From an uncultured Gemmatimonadaceae bacterium (GTDB lineage Bacteria > Gemmatimonadota > Gemmatimonadetes > Gemmatimonadales > Gemmatimonadaceae), in NCBI GenBank assembly GCA_963829055.1, contig CAWHHI010000011.1, positions 192,001 to 256,000 of the forward strand: DNA of 64,000 nt. Direction: 5' to 3'. Positions 33,514-43,944 of the stretch are shown piece by piece. Both the position numbers and the translations under genes were made by a program. The stretch's first letter is position 1; each line of letters begins with the position of its first letter. Below the pieces are notes generated by a model, which was given only the letters and a program-made list of their open reading frames with translations, searched no databases and had not been told where the DNA came from.

Positions 33514-34517
33514 GAAGGCAGGCGCTGCTCTTCGTCACGCTTGCGTTGCTGTGCGCCGCCAGCGTCCCGGCTCGCGCCGACGAGTTCAAGCCGGCCTATC
33601 TCCAGCTCACGCAGATCGACGGCCAGACGTACGACGTCCTCTGGAAAATCCCGGCGACGGATGAATCGACGACGCTGAAAGTGACGCCGCAGTTCCCCGA
33701 GGGAACCGAGGTGCTGACCAGCGTGCGCAGTACATATTCGCGCGGGGTCACCGTGCAGCGCTGGCGCGTGCGTGTGCCGGGCGGGCTCGACGGGAAACCC
33801 GTGACCTTCTCCAATCTGTCGGAAACAAGGATTGACGTGCTGGCGCGGCTGGCGCGGCTCGACGGCACCGTGCAACTCGAGCGCATCCTACCGGTGAGCC
33901 CGCGATTCATCGCGAAGCCAAGTCCCGGACCACTGGAAGTCCTGAGGACGTACACCGTGCTCGGTATCGAGCACATTCTCACCGGGTACGATCACCTGCT
34001 GTACGTCCTCGCGATGTTGCTCCTCGTCAACGGCTGGCGGCGCATCGTCGCCACGATGTCGGCGTTTACCGCGACCCACAGCCTAACGCTGACCGCTGCC
34101 GCCCTTGGCTGGGTCCACGTCCCGCAGCCGCCGGTCGAAGCGTGCATTGCCCTGAGCATCCTCTTCGTCGCGCGCGAGATCGTGCAGCTGCAGCGCGGGC
34201 AGCCCGGGATCACCGCGCGCTGGCCGTGGGTCGTGTCGTTCACGTTCGGGCTGATGCACGGACTTGGTTTCGCGGGGGCCTTGGCGGAGGTCGGACTACC
34301 GCAGTCGTCGATCCCGATCGCGCTGCTCTTTTTCAACGTCGGCGTCGAGATCGGACAGCTCCTCTTTGTCGGCGCCGTGCTGACGCTGATTGCCCTGGGT
34401 TGGAAGGCCGTACGACAGTTCAGACTGCCGCCGCCTGTCTGGTTGTGGCGAGTCGCGCCGTATGCGATTGGCGCCGTCGCCAGCTTCTGGGTGGTCGAAC
34501 GCGTGGCGAAATTCTAG
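33510..34517 (+). CDS. HupE/UreJ family protein
   Basis: Own signal peptide; LGIEHILTGYDHLLY, FTATHSLT, GLMHGLGFAG, FNVGVEIGQ. Confidence 0.9.
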   Translation: MRRQALLFVTLALLCAASVPARADEFKPAYLQLTQIDGQTYDVLWKIPATDESTTLKVTPQFPEGTEVLTSVRSTYSRGVTVQRWRVRVPGGLDGKPVTFSNLSETRIDVLARLARLDGTVQLERILPVSPRFIAKPSPGPLEVLRTYTVLGIEHILTGYDHLLYVLAMLLLVNGWRRIVATMSAFTATHSLTLTAAALGWVHVPQPPVEACIALSILFVAREIVQLQRGQPGITARWPWVVSFTFGLMHGLGFAGALAEVGLPQSSIPIALLFFNVGVEIGQLLFVGAVLTLIALGWKAVRQFRLPPPVWLWRVAPYAIGAVASFWVVERVAKF

Positions 34518-34558
34518 CCAGGCGCCTGCTGAAGTACCGCTTCTAGAGTGCGCGACTG

Positions 34559-35406
34559 CTACCACTGGACGCGGCTGAGGTAAGGGTTCAGTCGGAGCGC
34601 CAACGTTTCGATCCAGGACGCTTTCTTAGGTGAGAACACGAACCGTTCAGCGCCACTTGCGATACGACGGTTGATCTCCTTAACGAGTGCGGCCTTGGCG
34701 GTGGCGCGGTACACCGCGCCCGGCTCACCTTGATAACTGCCGAGCAACCCAAGATTCGACCCGAGAGGGACTGTCAACTCCGACTGGTCAGTCCCAACAC
34801 CGACAGAATCGAAGAAAAAGCTGGGGTTGTCGGTAGTGAACAGGAACAGCGACCTAGGGACGTCTACGAGTCGCCAGGTCATACGCCGAATGGCATCGAC
34901 GGTGCGGGCGCTAGGCCACGGCTCGGCGAGTTCGCGGCGAATGAAAGCGGGTGTCTGTCGCTGGTAGTCTCGTTCGATCCGTTCAAGAACATCGAGCATC
35001 GCCCCGACTCGCTCAGAGTTGTCTTCTGTCGTGAGTTCCGCGAGCTCCCGCCGGGTGTCCGCCAAACTCGATTGAAGCACCTTGGGAAACAATTCCTCGC
35101 CTTTGCGACGCCGTCGGGGCACGCGCATGATCATGGCCGCGAGATAATAGGCGAATGCGTCCCGGCCACTCGAATCCAGCGTTTCGCCACGGCGGAGCCT
35201 ATCGAGTGCCCGATGGCCAGGAGCCTCGACTTCTATCGCGAGCCGTCGTTCTACGTCCGGCGCGTAGTAGTCAGGTTCTTGAGCCACCTTCGCGATGGCT
35301 GCGTGAGACCATCGGCAAGTTTTCTTGTCGAAAAGCCAGACGTGCGAACGGTCGGGTGTCGTCGCGAACCGCGCAGGAACTCTTGTGGGACGTAGTGCTT
35401 TCCCAT
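34559..35406 (-). CDS. DUF4238 domain protein (frameshift near 35365)
   Basis: MGKHYVPQEFLRG start; FTTDNP and VPLGS motifs. Confidence 0.8.
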
Positions 35407-35829
35407 CGACGGCCTGTCGGGGCTTTAGGCGGTTCCATGCGACCATGCGAGCCATGGCACATCACCGACAACAAACGGCTTCTCGATCGCGGCGAAATGG
35501 TGGGAGCGCAGAATGCGCTGCCGTCACGCGAGATTGAGCCAAGACAATACGGTTCCGCCCGAAGACAACGTACCACGTAACGTGGCGCGGGATGAGCAGC
35601 TCGCTGAATAAACCGCGACGTCACCATCGCGACCACATCGGATTTCGAACCTGATCGAGGGTTAAGCGCGGTCGGCGGAAACTATTACCCAACTTGCGTG
35701 TCCGTCACGTTGTAGTTGAAGCCCCACGCTGCACGCAAGCCGTTTCCCACGGCCTATGGCTCATCGCGACGAACTATTCGGTCAGGAGAGATCCGTCAGT
35801 AAGCGGCCGAGCGACTGACGCAAGGGCCG

Positions 35830-36540
35830 TCAATCGATCGCGCCTTGGATGCCAAGCGGATGAGCGGCCGGTATCGATTCCGGCGCGCGGGCCGCACGAA
35901 GGCGATCGTACACGCGGGCAGCAACCGCCATACCCGTCAACGGAGCGACCCAGTACAGCCAATGCGACGCCCACAGGCCACCGACGAACGCTGGACCTAA
36001 CGAGCGGGCGGGATTCATTGACGCGCCCGTGAGTGGCCCGCCGACCAGCGCACAAAACCCGACGGTGAGCCCGACCGCGAGCGGCGCGAAACCGTCGGCG
36101 ACGCGATCGTCGGTCGCCACCGCCATCACGACGAACATCAACACGAAGGACAGCAGCCACTCGATGCCGAACGCCCGAGCGACTGCCACCGATGGGAGAG
36201 TCGCGCCCATTTGCCCTACGGGGCCCAGCACCGCCCGAAGGACCACCGACGCGGCAATGGCCCCGATACACTGCGCGATGACGTACGGGAGAACGTCTCG
36301 CGACGGGAATCGTCCGACCGACCAGAAGGCGACCGTGACGGCTGGGTTAATGTGGGCGCCCGAGAGGTGGCCGAGCGCGAACACCATCGCGATCACGACG
36401 AATGCGAACGCGAGCGAGACGCCGACATGGCCGACTGCGCCGTGAGACCACGCGTTGACCATCACCGCGCCTGGCCCGACGAGTACGAGGAAGAACGTCC
36501 CGATTGCTTCCGCCGTGAGCCGACGACCGTCCAGTCTCAT
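35830..36540 (-). CDS. MIP/aquaporin channel (ars operon)
   Basis: SGAHINPAVT and SMNPARS NPA motifs. Confidence 0.95.
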   Translation of the reverse strand: MRLDGRRLTAEAIGTFFLVLVGPGAVMVNAWSHGAVGHVGVSLAFAFVVIAMVFALGHLSGAHINPAVTVAFWSVGRFPSRDVLPYVIAQCIGAIAASVVLRAVLGPVGQMGATLPSVAVARAFGIEWLLSFVLMFVVMAVATDDRVADGFAPLAVGLTVGFCALVGGPLTGASMNPARSLGPAFVGGLWASHWLYWVAPLTGMAVAARVYDRLRAARAPESIPAAHPLGIQGAID

Positions 36541-36622
36541 GTTCGTGTGTGGCAGGGTAAGCCTGGAGGAACGTTAGTATGACCTTCACTATGTCTGCTT
36601 CACGCCTTGCGGCGAACACGGC

Positions 36623-37396
36623 CTAACGCGTCGGAGCTACGATGTTCTCTAGCTTCCCGCCCGACCGGAGGTAATCGGCAAACTCGTGGGGTAGATCGCT
36701 TTCGAGAATGGCACGGGCGGTACGCTCCACGTCGTACTCGACTCGCACGAACTCGACGCGCGGTTGACCGTCGCCGACATCGAGCAACACGTAACCCGCC
36801 CGCCAGTCTCCGTCCTTCGGCCGACCCACGCTCCCCGTGTTCACGAAGTGGATGCCCTCGACTTCTCGATGCCACGGCTTGTGCGTGTGGCCAAAACACA
36901 CCACGTCACCCGCCTTGGCGCCAGCATGCTGCGCCATCTTCGAGCAGAAGGAGTCGGGCCGGTCCTGGTCCCAGTAGAGCGTGTTGAGCGTCGGCGTACC
37001 GTGGACCAGAATGACCGTAGGACCAGCGGTGTGCCCGCCTAACGGCTTCACGTCCATGCGGAATGGCAGTGCGCCTAGATGACCCTTGGCTTCGGAGGAG
37101 GTGTGGCGCCTGGTCCAGTCGTAGCTCGAGTGCGACAGCTCCTCCTGGCGCGGGTCCTCGTACCGGCAGCCGCAGTGCTTGTAGTCCGCGGCCACCGTCG
37201 AGTCGTAGTTGCCCGCGATGCCCGCGATGCCGTTCGCACGGAGCAGCTCGACCGTCTCGTTAGGCCACGGCGCGTACCCGACGAGGTCACCGAGATGATA
37301 CGTGGCAGCGATACCCGGACGGCCGGCAATGTCCGCGAGCACCGCTTCGAGCGCGGGGAGGTTCGCGTGAATGTCCGAAATGAGTGCGTAGCGCAT
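36623..37396 (-). CDS. Metallophosphoesterase (ars-associated)
   Basis: SDIHAN, GDLVG, GNYD, HCGC, GHTH, NTGSVG. Confidence 0.93.
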   Translation of the reverse strand: MRYALISDIHANLPALEAVLADIAGRPGIAATYHLGDLVGYAPWPNETVELLRANGIAGIAGNYDSTVAADYKHCGCRYEDPRQEELSHSSYDWTRRHTSSEAKGHLGALPFRMDVKPLGGHTAGPTVILVHGTPTLNTLYWDQDRPDSFCSKMAQHAGAKAGDVVCFGHTHKPWHREVEGIHFVNTGSVGRPKDGDWRAGYVLLDVGDGQPRVEFVRVEYDVERTARAILESDLPHEFADYLRSGGKLENIVAPTR

Positions 37397-37533
37397 AGAC
37401 CTCCCGGAATGGCGGAATCGCGGTTATTTGGCGGCGATCTCGCTCCGTGCCGCGTTATGCGTGAAGACGAAGAGCATGCACCGACGCGGGGATGAGTCGT
37501 CGCGCAGCTCACCCCGTACCGAGTCGGCCATGG

Positions 37534-38001
37534 CTAGGTGTCGGTTGGACTGCACGCTCGACACATGACCACGGCCGACGCGGGGCATGCACTCGTAAAC
37601 TCATCGGTGGCGCGCACGTCGGCGGGAACTTGGTCACGCCCGACCGGCTGGAAGCCGAACTTCGGGAAATACTGGTCGGCAGTAGTGGTCAGCAGGTACA
37701 AGGCCGAGATGCCGCGCGCCTCCGCGTCGCCGATCACGCGGGTGACCAGCGCGCGACCGACGCCGTGCGAGCGCCACTCGTCGGCGACGGCAACGGAGCG
37801 CAGCAGCGCGTTGTTGCAGCAGACTTCGAGACCCGCGACGCCCACGATGTCGTCACCGGCTTGGGCAACGACGAACGTCGGGAACGCGTCGCGGAGACCG
37901 TCCAGCGGAAGCCCGCTCTGAGTGACCAGGCGCTCGACGGCGGGAAGGTCGGCGGGTGTCGCTGCGCGTACGTGCGCGCTGAGTGTTGGCGTAGCGCTCA
38001 T
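37534..38001 (-). CDS. arsN2: Arsenic-operon GNAT N-acetyltransferase (ArsN2-like)
   Basis: LLRSVAV..WRSHGVG, LYLLTTTA, EFTSACPASAVVM. Confidence 0.85.
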   Translation of the reverse strand: MSATPTLSAHVRAATPADLPAVERLVTQSGLPLDGLRDAFPTFVVAQAGDDIVGVAGLEVCCNNALLRSVAVADEWRSHGVGRALVTRVIGDAEARGISALYLLTTTADQYFPKFGFQPVGRDQVPADVRATDEFTSACPASAVVMCRACSPTDT

Positions 38002-38031
38002 GGTGTAGGCTCCGTGGCCAGATGGTTGTTC

Positions 38032-39021
38032 TTATCGGCAGCAGCCGTCGTCGCAACCGCAGTCGCGAGTCGCGTTAGGCTTCGGCTGCCTGGATGTCGC
38101 TGCGACGGGCGCAGTGGCGACGCTCGGCACACGCGGGCCAGGCTTCGTCGCCCGGACGAACCCGCTCATGATCTTGCCCTCGACCGCGTCCGCGAGCGAC
38201 ACGTCCAGGCCCGCGCCTTCCAGCAGCGCAGCGGCGTCTTCGCGGGTGTAGACACGCGTCGGCTCAATGGTCGCGTTCTCGAATCCTGCCTCCGTGAGGA
38301 GCGCGATGAAGTCGCGTTCTTCCAGTGCGCCCGCCACACAACCCGTCCAGAGCGGCATGCTGTCACGGACTGCAGTTGGCAGGCCCTCGCGTACGATGAC
38401 GTCGCTCACCGCGAACCGTCCGCCCGCCTTGAGCACGCGGAACGCCTCGTTGACGACCTTTCGCTTGTCGCCGGAGAGGTTGATGACGCAGTTGGAGATG
38501 ATGACGTCCACCGTGTTCGACGGCAGCGGAATCGCCTCGATGTGGCCCTTGAGGAACTCGACGTTCGTCGCCCCAGCCTTCTGCTTGTTCTCGACGGCCA
38601 GCGCGAGCATCTCGTCGGTCATGTCCACGCCGTACACCTTCCCTGTGGGTCCGACGCGCTTCGCGGACAGCAGCACGTCGATGCCGCCTCCCGAGCCCAG
38701 ATCGAGCACGGTCTCGCCCTCGCGCAGTTCGGCGAGCGCGGTGGGGTTGCCGCAGCCTAACGACGCCAGCAGCGCCGTCTCGGGCACCTGGCCCGCTTCC
38801 AGCGAGTCGTACAGGTCCGCCGTGATCGGGTCGCGGGTATCACTCGCGGAGCCGCAGCACGCCACCGCGCCAGCAGCCGGGCCGCAACAGCTCGCCGACG
38901 TTGCGCCTTGGGCGATACTCGACGCGACGGCGCCGTAGCGGGCCTGCACGGTGCTTCGGATGTCCTCCAGCGTGGTTGTCCCGGCCGTCGGAACGGAGCC
39001 TGCCGAATTCTGGCCTTGCAT
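38032..39021 (-). CDS. arsM: Arsenite S-adenosylmethionine methyltransferase
   Basis: SLGCGNP, VLDLGSGGGID, IISNCVINL, WTGCVAGA. Confidence 0.95.
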   Translation of the reverse strand: MQGQNSAGSVPTAGTTTLEDIRSTVQARYGAVASSIAQGATSASCCGPAAGAVACCGSASDTRDPITADLYDSLEAGQVPETALLASLGCGNPTALAELREGETVLDLGSGGGIDVLLSAKRVGPTGKVYGVDMTDEMLALAVENKQKAGATNVEFLKGHIEAIPLPSNTVDVIISNCVINLSGDKRKVVNEAFRVLKAGGRFAVSDVIVREGLPTAVRDSMPLWTGCVAGALEERDFIALLTEAGFENATIEPTRVYTREDAAALLEGAGLDVSLADAVEGKIMSGFVRATKPGPRVPSVATAPVAATSRQPKPNATRDCGCDDGCCR

Positions 39022-39036
39022 GGTGTCTCCTTGTCA

Positions 39037-39052
39037 ATCAAAAAATGTTGAT
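39037..39052. promoter_or_regulatory. Putative ArsR operator 2
   Basis: ATCAA-N6-TTGAT just upstream of the arsM RBS. Confidence 0.65.
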
Positions 39053-39077
39053 GAATTGGGCCCAAAAAAAGAGCCGG

Positions 39078-39416
39078 TCAGCCGCAGCAAGTCCCTTTCC
39101 CGGCGATTGGAAGTGCGCCGCGCGCAGGCTGCAAGCTGACGGCGAGGTCGTGCACCTCCGCGAGGGCATCAGGAACGATCCGGTAATAGGACCAGCGACC
39201 TTCGCGACGATCGGCGACCAATCCAGCATCTCTGAGTACCCGGAGGTGGAACGACAGCCGCGACTGTGCTGCTTCCAGCTCGTCCTGAAGCTCGCACACG
39301 CACAGCTCCCCGCCCCGTAGCATGCGCAGGATCGCGATGCGTGTCGCATCGCTGAGCGCGTGGAACAGCGTGACGGCGCGATCGGCGTCGAGGTCGGAAC
39401 GAGTTGCCGTGGTCAT
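39078..39416 (-). CDS. arsR: ArsR/SmtB repressor
   Basis: FHALSDATR, ELCVCEL, SRLSFHL; C-terminal CC. Confidence 0.95.
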   Translation of the reverse strand: MTTATRSDLDADRAVTLFHALSDATRIAILRMLRGGELCVCELQDELEAAQSRLSFHLRVLRDAGLVADRREGRWSYYRIVPDALAEVHDLAVSLQPARGALPIAGKGTCCG

Positions 39417-39424
39417 TGCGAGAA

Positions 39425-39454
39425 ATGATACATCAAGAAAAGTTGTTTTGTCAA
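39425..39454 (-). promoter_or_regulatory. Sigma70 promoter with internal ArsR operator
   Basis: TTGACA-N18-TATCAT, 8 nt before the ATG; ATCAA-N6-TTGTT at 39432-39447. Confidence 0.7.
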
Positions 39455-39520
39455 GTAATTGCGCACGGGATGACTCAGAACACAGCTCCAGCGCTCAAAG
39501 CGGAGTAGGACTGCGATTCC

Positions 39521-40400
39521 TCACTTCGTTCGGAATGGCAGTCCTGTGCAACGCATGCCCCCGCTCGCGAGCAACTGCTCGAAGCGTGGATTTGACCGCA
39601 ACGGATCGAAGAGCGGGTCACACGGCAGGCTCAGCTCCGTGGCCAGCATGTCACGGCGCTCAACCATGCGTCGCACCGCCGACAGCGCCGCCGCCGAGTC
39701 ACCTGCGCCCGCCGCGGCCACCGCGAAATCGTAGCCGTTGACGCGCCCCGCGGTGTAACCGCGCTGCAGCGCCGCGTACTCGGCATCCGCTTCGCGAATA
39801 CGGCCGAGGGTCCGATATGCCACGCTGAGATACGCCCGCATGTCGTAGACGAGGCCCAGTCGGCGAGCGGTCTCGAACGCACTCACCGCACTGTCCGCCC
39901 GTCCCTGAGCGAGCTGGATCATACCCTGAAACCACTAGAAGTCGTTCCTCGTGCTGTCGAGCGCGAAAGCGCGGCGCACCTCGGAGCGTGCGTCGTGGTA
40001 CCGTCGCCCTCGGATCGATGAACGGCAGTACGCCGAGGGAGCGTACTGCTCGTGCAGCGCTCGGGGTGATCGCGCGGCCACCAGACACCGGCAACGTTGG
40101 CGACGACTACCACGGCGACGGCAACGACGCCAGCCGTTCGACGCGAGGCCGTTGCCGCTCCCGCCGGGCATGCCCCAGGCGCGTGCCGGAAGCGGCGGTG
40201 TCGTTCGGAACGCGGACCAGCGCACCGGCGTTAGGCGGCCGCGCGACCTCGCTCCGATGCGCGGCGACCGTGGATTGGGCGCTCGTGTGAGCCGCGAACG
40301 GATGCCGACCCGTCAGCAGCTCGTAGGCCCCACGCCCCAGGCGTAGATGTCGGCACGTTCGTCCACGCCCGCGTCCCCGAGCGCCTGTTCGGGCGCCATA
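39521..40400 (-). pseudogene. Degraded Ser/Thr kinase-TPR gene
   Basis: YMAPEQ..DERADIYAWG..YELLTG fragment and TPR tail DPLFDPLRSNPRF; N-lobe absent, internal deletions. Confidence 0.75.
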
Positions 40401-40454
40401 CGAGCACAGTGGCGATCCGCCGGTGGAAGCGAGCCTGCCCGAGCCCCTTCGAGT

Positions 40455-41179
40455 TCATCGGAGGACCTCGACGATGGTCACGCTGAACGGGAGGTAGAAA
40501 TCCGGGCCGGTGTGCGTGAGCGCGTTGTGCCCTACGCTGTAGCAGCCGGCGATATGAGTTCCCCGGGACTCGACCCTCCACGTGCCGGCGACTCGGCTCG
40601 TGCTTCCGCTGATGCGGGTCACAGTGACACCGCTCCCAAGGTCGGCGGCGCTGTAGCGGAGACGTCCGCAGTTTGCGATGCCGTCAACTGGTCCCCATCC
40701 CACATCCTGCGCGCGGCTTTCCCCAATCGCGAGTTGCATGACCTCGCGGACTGTCGTGGTCCACGCGACCGCGAACGGACCGGCTCCGATATCGGCGGTG
40801 AGACGGCGCGGAGTGTTCTGACAGAGTGGCAATCCCTGATACTGCGGAGCGAAGAACGCGTCACCGGTGGCCGGAGGCGACGACTTGTACCAGCTGATGT
40901 TGGCCTCGACGCCGCATTGCGATTCTCCATCGTAGCCGGAGGCGTCGGTGGTCGCGTTGGCAACCGGCATCCCGGCGAGCCCTCGACCATCGCCGTACAG
41001 TCTGGCGTTCGTGATGCCGTCCGCGAGCACCCGATTGAAGAACCACTGCGCGCGTGAATCGGTCCCGGACACCGCTTTTGCGAAGACCGGTCCCAACGTA
41101 CTGCTGGTCGTGGCCCCGAAGGTGGATCCGTGCACGCTCCGAGGGCGCAGAGCATGATTGCGGCGATTTGACGGTTCAT
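40455..41179 (-). CDS. Hypothetical lipoprotein (frameshift near 41110)
   Basis: GGAG RBS; MNRQIAAIMLCALGAC lipobox; beta-rich body. Confidence 0.7.
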
Positions 41180-41235
41180 GGTCGCTCCATTGCGTTTGGT
41201 GAAGGTGCGGTTTGCGCGAGCCAAACACTCCCACT

Positions 41236-41279
41236 ATCGTAGCGTGCGCCGGTGACCGGGCGGTGACCGTTAGGTCACC
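41236..41279 (-). promoter_or_regulatory. SARP-type heptamer array with -10 box
   Basis: GGTGACC 41251, GGTGACC 41262, GGTCACC 41273 (11-bp period); TACGAT on the minus strand at 41241-41236. Confidence 0.6.
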
Positions 41280-41374
41280 GCGTGGCGATACCTTGCGTCA
41301 TCAATGTGGCGACCAGGTTGCAGACGGTGATCGACGGGTGAGAACGACGGCGAACTCCTCAGAGGCGGGACCGT

Positions 41375-43944
41375 ATGCTGTACCTTCGGACGCTCGGAGG
41401 CCTTTCGCTCGACGGCGGCGGTTCAGCGACACTCGTCGCCGGACAGAAAGCGCGACTCGCCTTGCTCGCCGTTCTCGCACTCGGAGGCCAGTCAGGAGTC
41501 AATCGCGAGAAGCTGCTCGCCCTGTTCTGGCCGGATAGCGACGTTGACCATGCGCGCGGCGCGCTGAAGCAGGCACTGTACGCCCTGCGCCGTCATCTCG
41601 GCGACAATGTCATCGTCGGAAACGGCGAGCTTCGTCTGAATCCCGGTGTGATTGGGACGGACGTCGGCGATTTCGCGGGCGCTCTTGCCGCGGGCGACCT
41701 GGAGGCAGTTGTCGCTCGCTACACCGGGCCCTTCCTCGACGGCGTTTTCCTCCGAAGCTCGGCGGAGTTCGAGCAGTGGGCTGACCGCGAGCGTGTGCGC
41801 ATCGCTCACACGTTCTGCGAGACGCTGCAGCGATTGGCCTGCGCGGCCGACGAACGCGATGACTACTCGAACGCCCTCGCCTGGTGGAGACGAGCCGCAT
41901 CGGAAAATCCGCTGGATAATCGGATTGCCGTTTCCCTCGTCCGGAGTCTGGCGCAGGGCGGCGATACTGCGGGTGCGCTGCGTCAGGCGGCTATCTATCG
42001 CGCAATCGCTAGCCGGGAAGTCGGCGACCACGCCGACCCGACGATGGACGCCGCGGTCGCGGCGGTTCAGTCCGGCTCGTTGTGCTCCATTGCCGATACC
42101 AGGTCCAATGTCGTCAGCTCACGGACGTCGACAATATCGCGCGAGACGGATGGTGAATCATCGCCCGAAGCCGCCGATAACAGTGCTGTCCCAACCCGCG
42201 CCTTGCTCGAACCGCCGGTGCACGTCACCTCGTCGCGGCCCTTTGTGCGACGATGGTTCCTGCTCGGCGTCGCGCTGAGTGGCCTCGTTGGGATCGTTGG
42301 ACTTGGCGCATGGCAGGAGCGCCGCGCCCTATCCGTGGAGGACACGGTTTCGGTGGTAGCGGCATGCGAGCCGCCCGTCAGCGCGTCGGCGCGCCAGTCA
42401 TCAACGGCGCCGCAGGGAGAACTGGGCGAGCTGGTTCGCGATCGCGTCGTGAGCGGGCTCACCGATCTCCACAGCGTGAAGGTCGTTAGGCAGGCCCGCA
42501 CGCGGTTTCTCGTCGTCGCGAGATGCCGAAACCTCGCCGATTCGATGGTCTTCTCAGCCGACATCATCGATCGGAACGCGGATCGGATTCTCACCACGAT
42601 CGGTCCGGCGTCCGCCCCGGTGGGGCAGCCCGGCGGCGGAGTCGAATTGCTGCGCGATCGCGTGATGACCGCTATCGCGCTGCGAGTGGACCCGAAGCTC
42701 AAGGCATGGGTGTACGCGTCGAACGCACCGTCGAATTACGAGAGCTATCGTGAGCTCCGCCTCGGCATCGACGCGTTCGTGGCGATGCAGCTCGCCGAGG
42801 CCACGTTGCATTTCGGCAAGGCGGCCGCGCTCGACCGTGCGTCTCCAACACCGCTCGTGTGGGCGGCGTTCGCGCGAGCCTACTATTGGGATACGGCTGC
42901 CGACTCCATTCTCGCGGAATTGGATGCGTCACATCGACGCATGGGCCCGTGGGACGATGCGATGGTCGCGCTCGTGAAGGCGTTCATGCGCGGGGACTTG
43001 CCGTTAGCCCATCGCGCCGCACATGCCGTGGCCGCCGCGGCTCCGAACTCGGAGTGGCGCGTGCTCGTGGCCTCGACCGCGATGAGTGAAAACCGCGCCA
43101 GGGAAGCCCAGCGAGTTCTCCGTGCTGTGGACCCTGCCGCTGGGTGGATAAACGGGTGGGAGTTCTACTGGGTGACGTTGGACCAGTCGCATCATTTGCT
43201 TGGCGATTTCCGTGACGAGCTTGGGGATGACCGACGGGCGTTGAAACACTGGCCTAACAATGGCCTTCTGATCGGCCTCGAGTTCAAGGCATTGCCAGCG
43301 TTAGGGTGGATCGACGAGCTCGAGCGCCGGTGGGATGAAGTCAGTTCGGTGCGCGAACGGAATCCGGCCTTCGGGTGGCTCGTCACAGGCAGCCGACGAA
43401 TTACGTGCGCACGTGGGTATCGTTGCGGCGCGACCGTTCTATGATCGGTTGATCACAGGGGAGCGCCAGAGCCTCAAGGAAGACCCAGCGAGCGAACAAG
43501 CAGAGACGAGAATCCATTGTGTGGTATCTCGCGGCGTCAGGTCGGGTGGACGCCGCACGAGTTGCGCTCGATTCGCTGCTGCCCGTGGGTCGAGTCCCGT
43601 CGTGGGGGCTGGTGGTCCTCGATGGGACGATATCGGCAATGCAAGGAGATCGAGACCGGGCTCACAAGGCGTTAGCGCAACTCGAACAAGCTTCGGTCCC
43701 CGAGGAAAAGAGAATCGGTCCGACGATCGGCCAATCTCTCGGACATCATTTCGAGGGGGACCGGATCACAATTCATGCTCTGCTCGGCGAAAAAGCGGAG
43801 GCGGTAGAACTCCTCCAGGAAACCACGCGCGCCGGCAACGCGTATCGCCACGTGCTACACGCCGTCCTAGGCCTGGACCTTCTGAAGGGCTATCCTCCGT
43901 TCGATGCACTCGTTAGGCCTGTCGACACGCCGGAGAGTCCGTAG
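41375..43944 (+). CDS. SARP/BTAD transcriptional activator with TM and TPR region, frameshifted
   Basis: LRTLGGL, REKLLALFWP, LKQALYALRR, YTGPFLDG..FEQW; TM helix; TPR-like tail; indels near 43390 and 43510. Confidence 0.88.
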
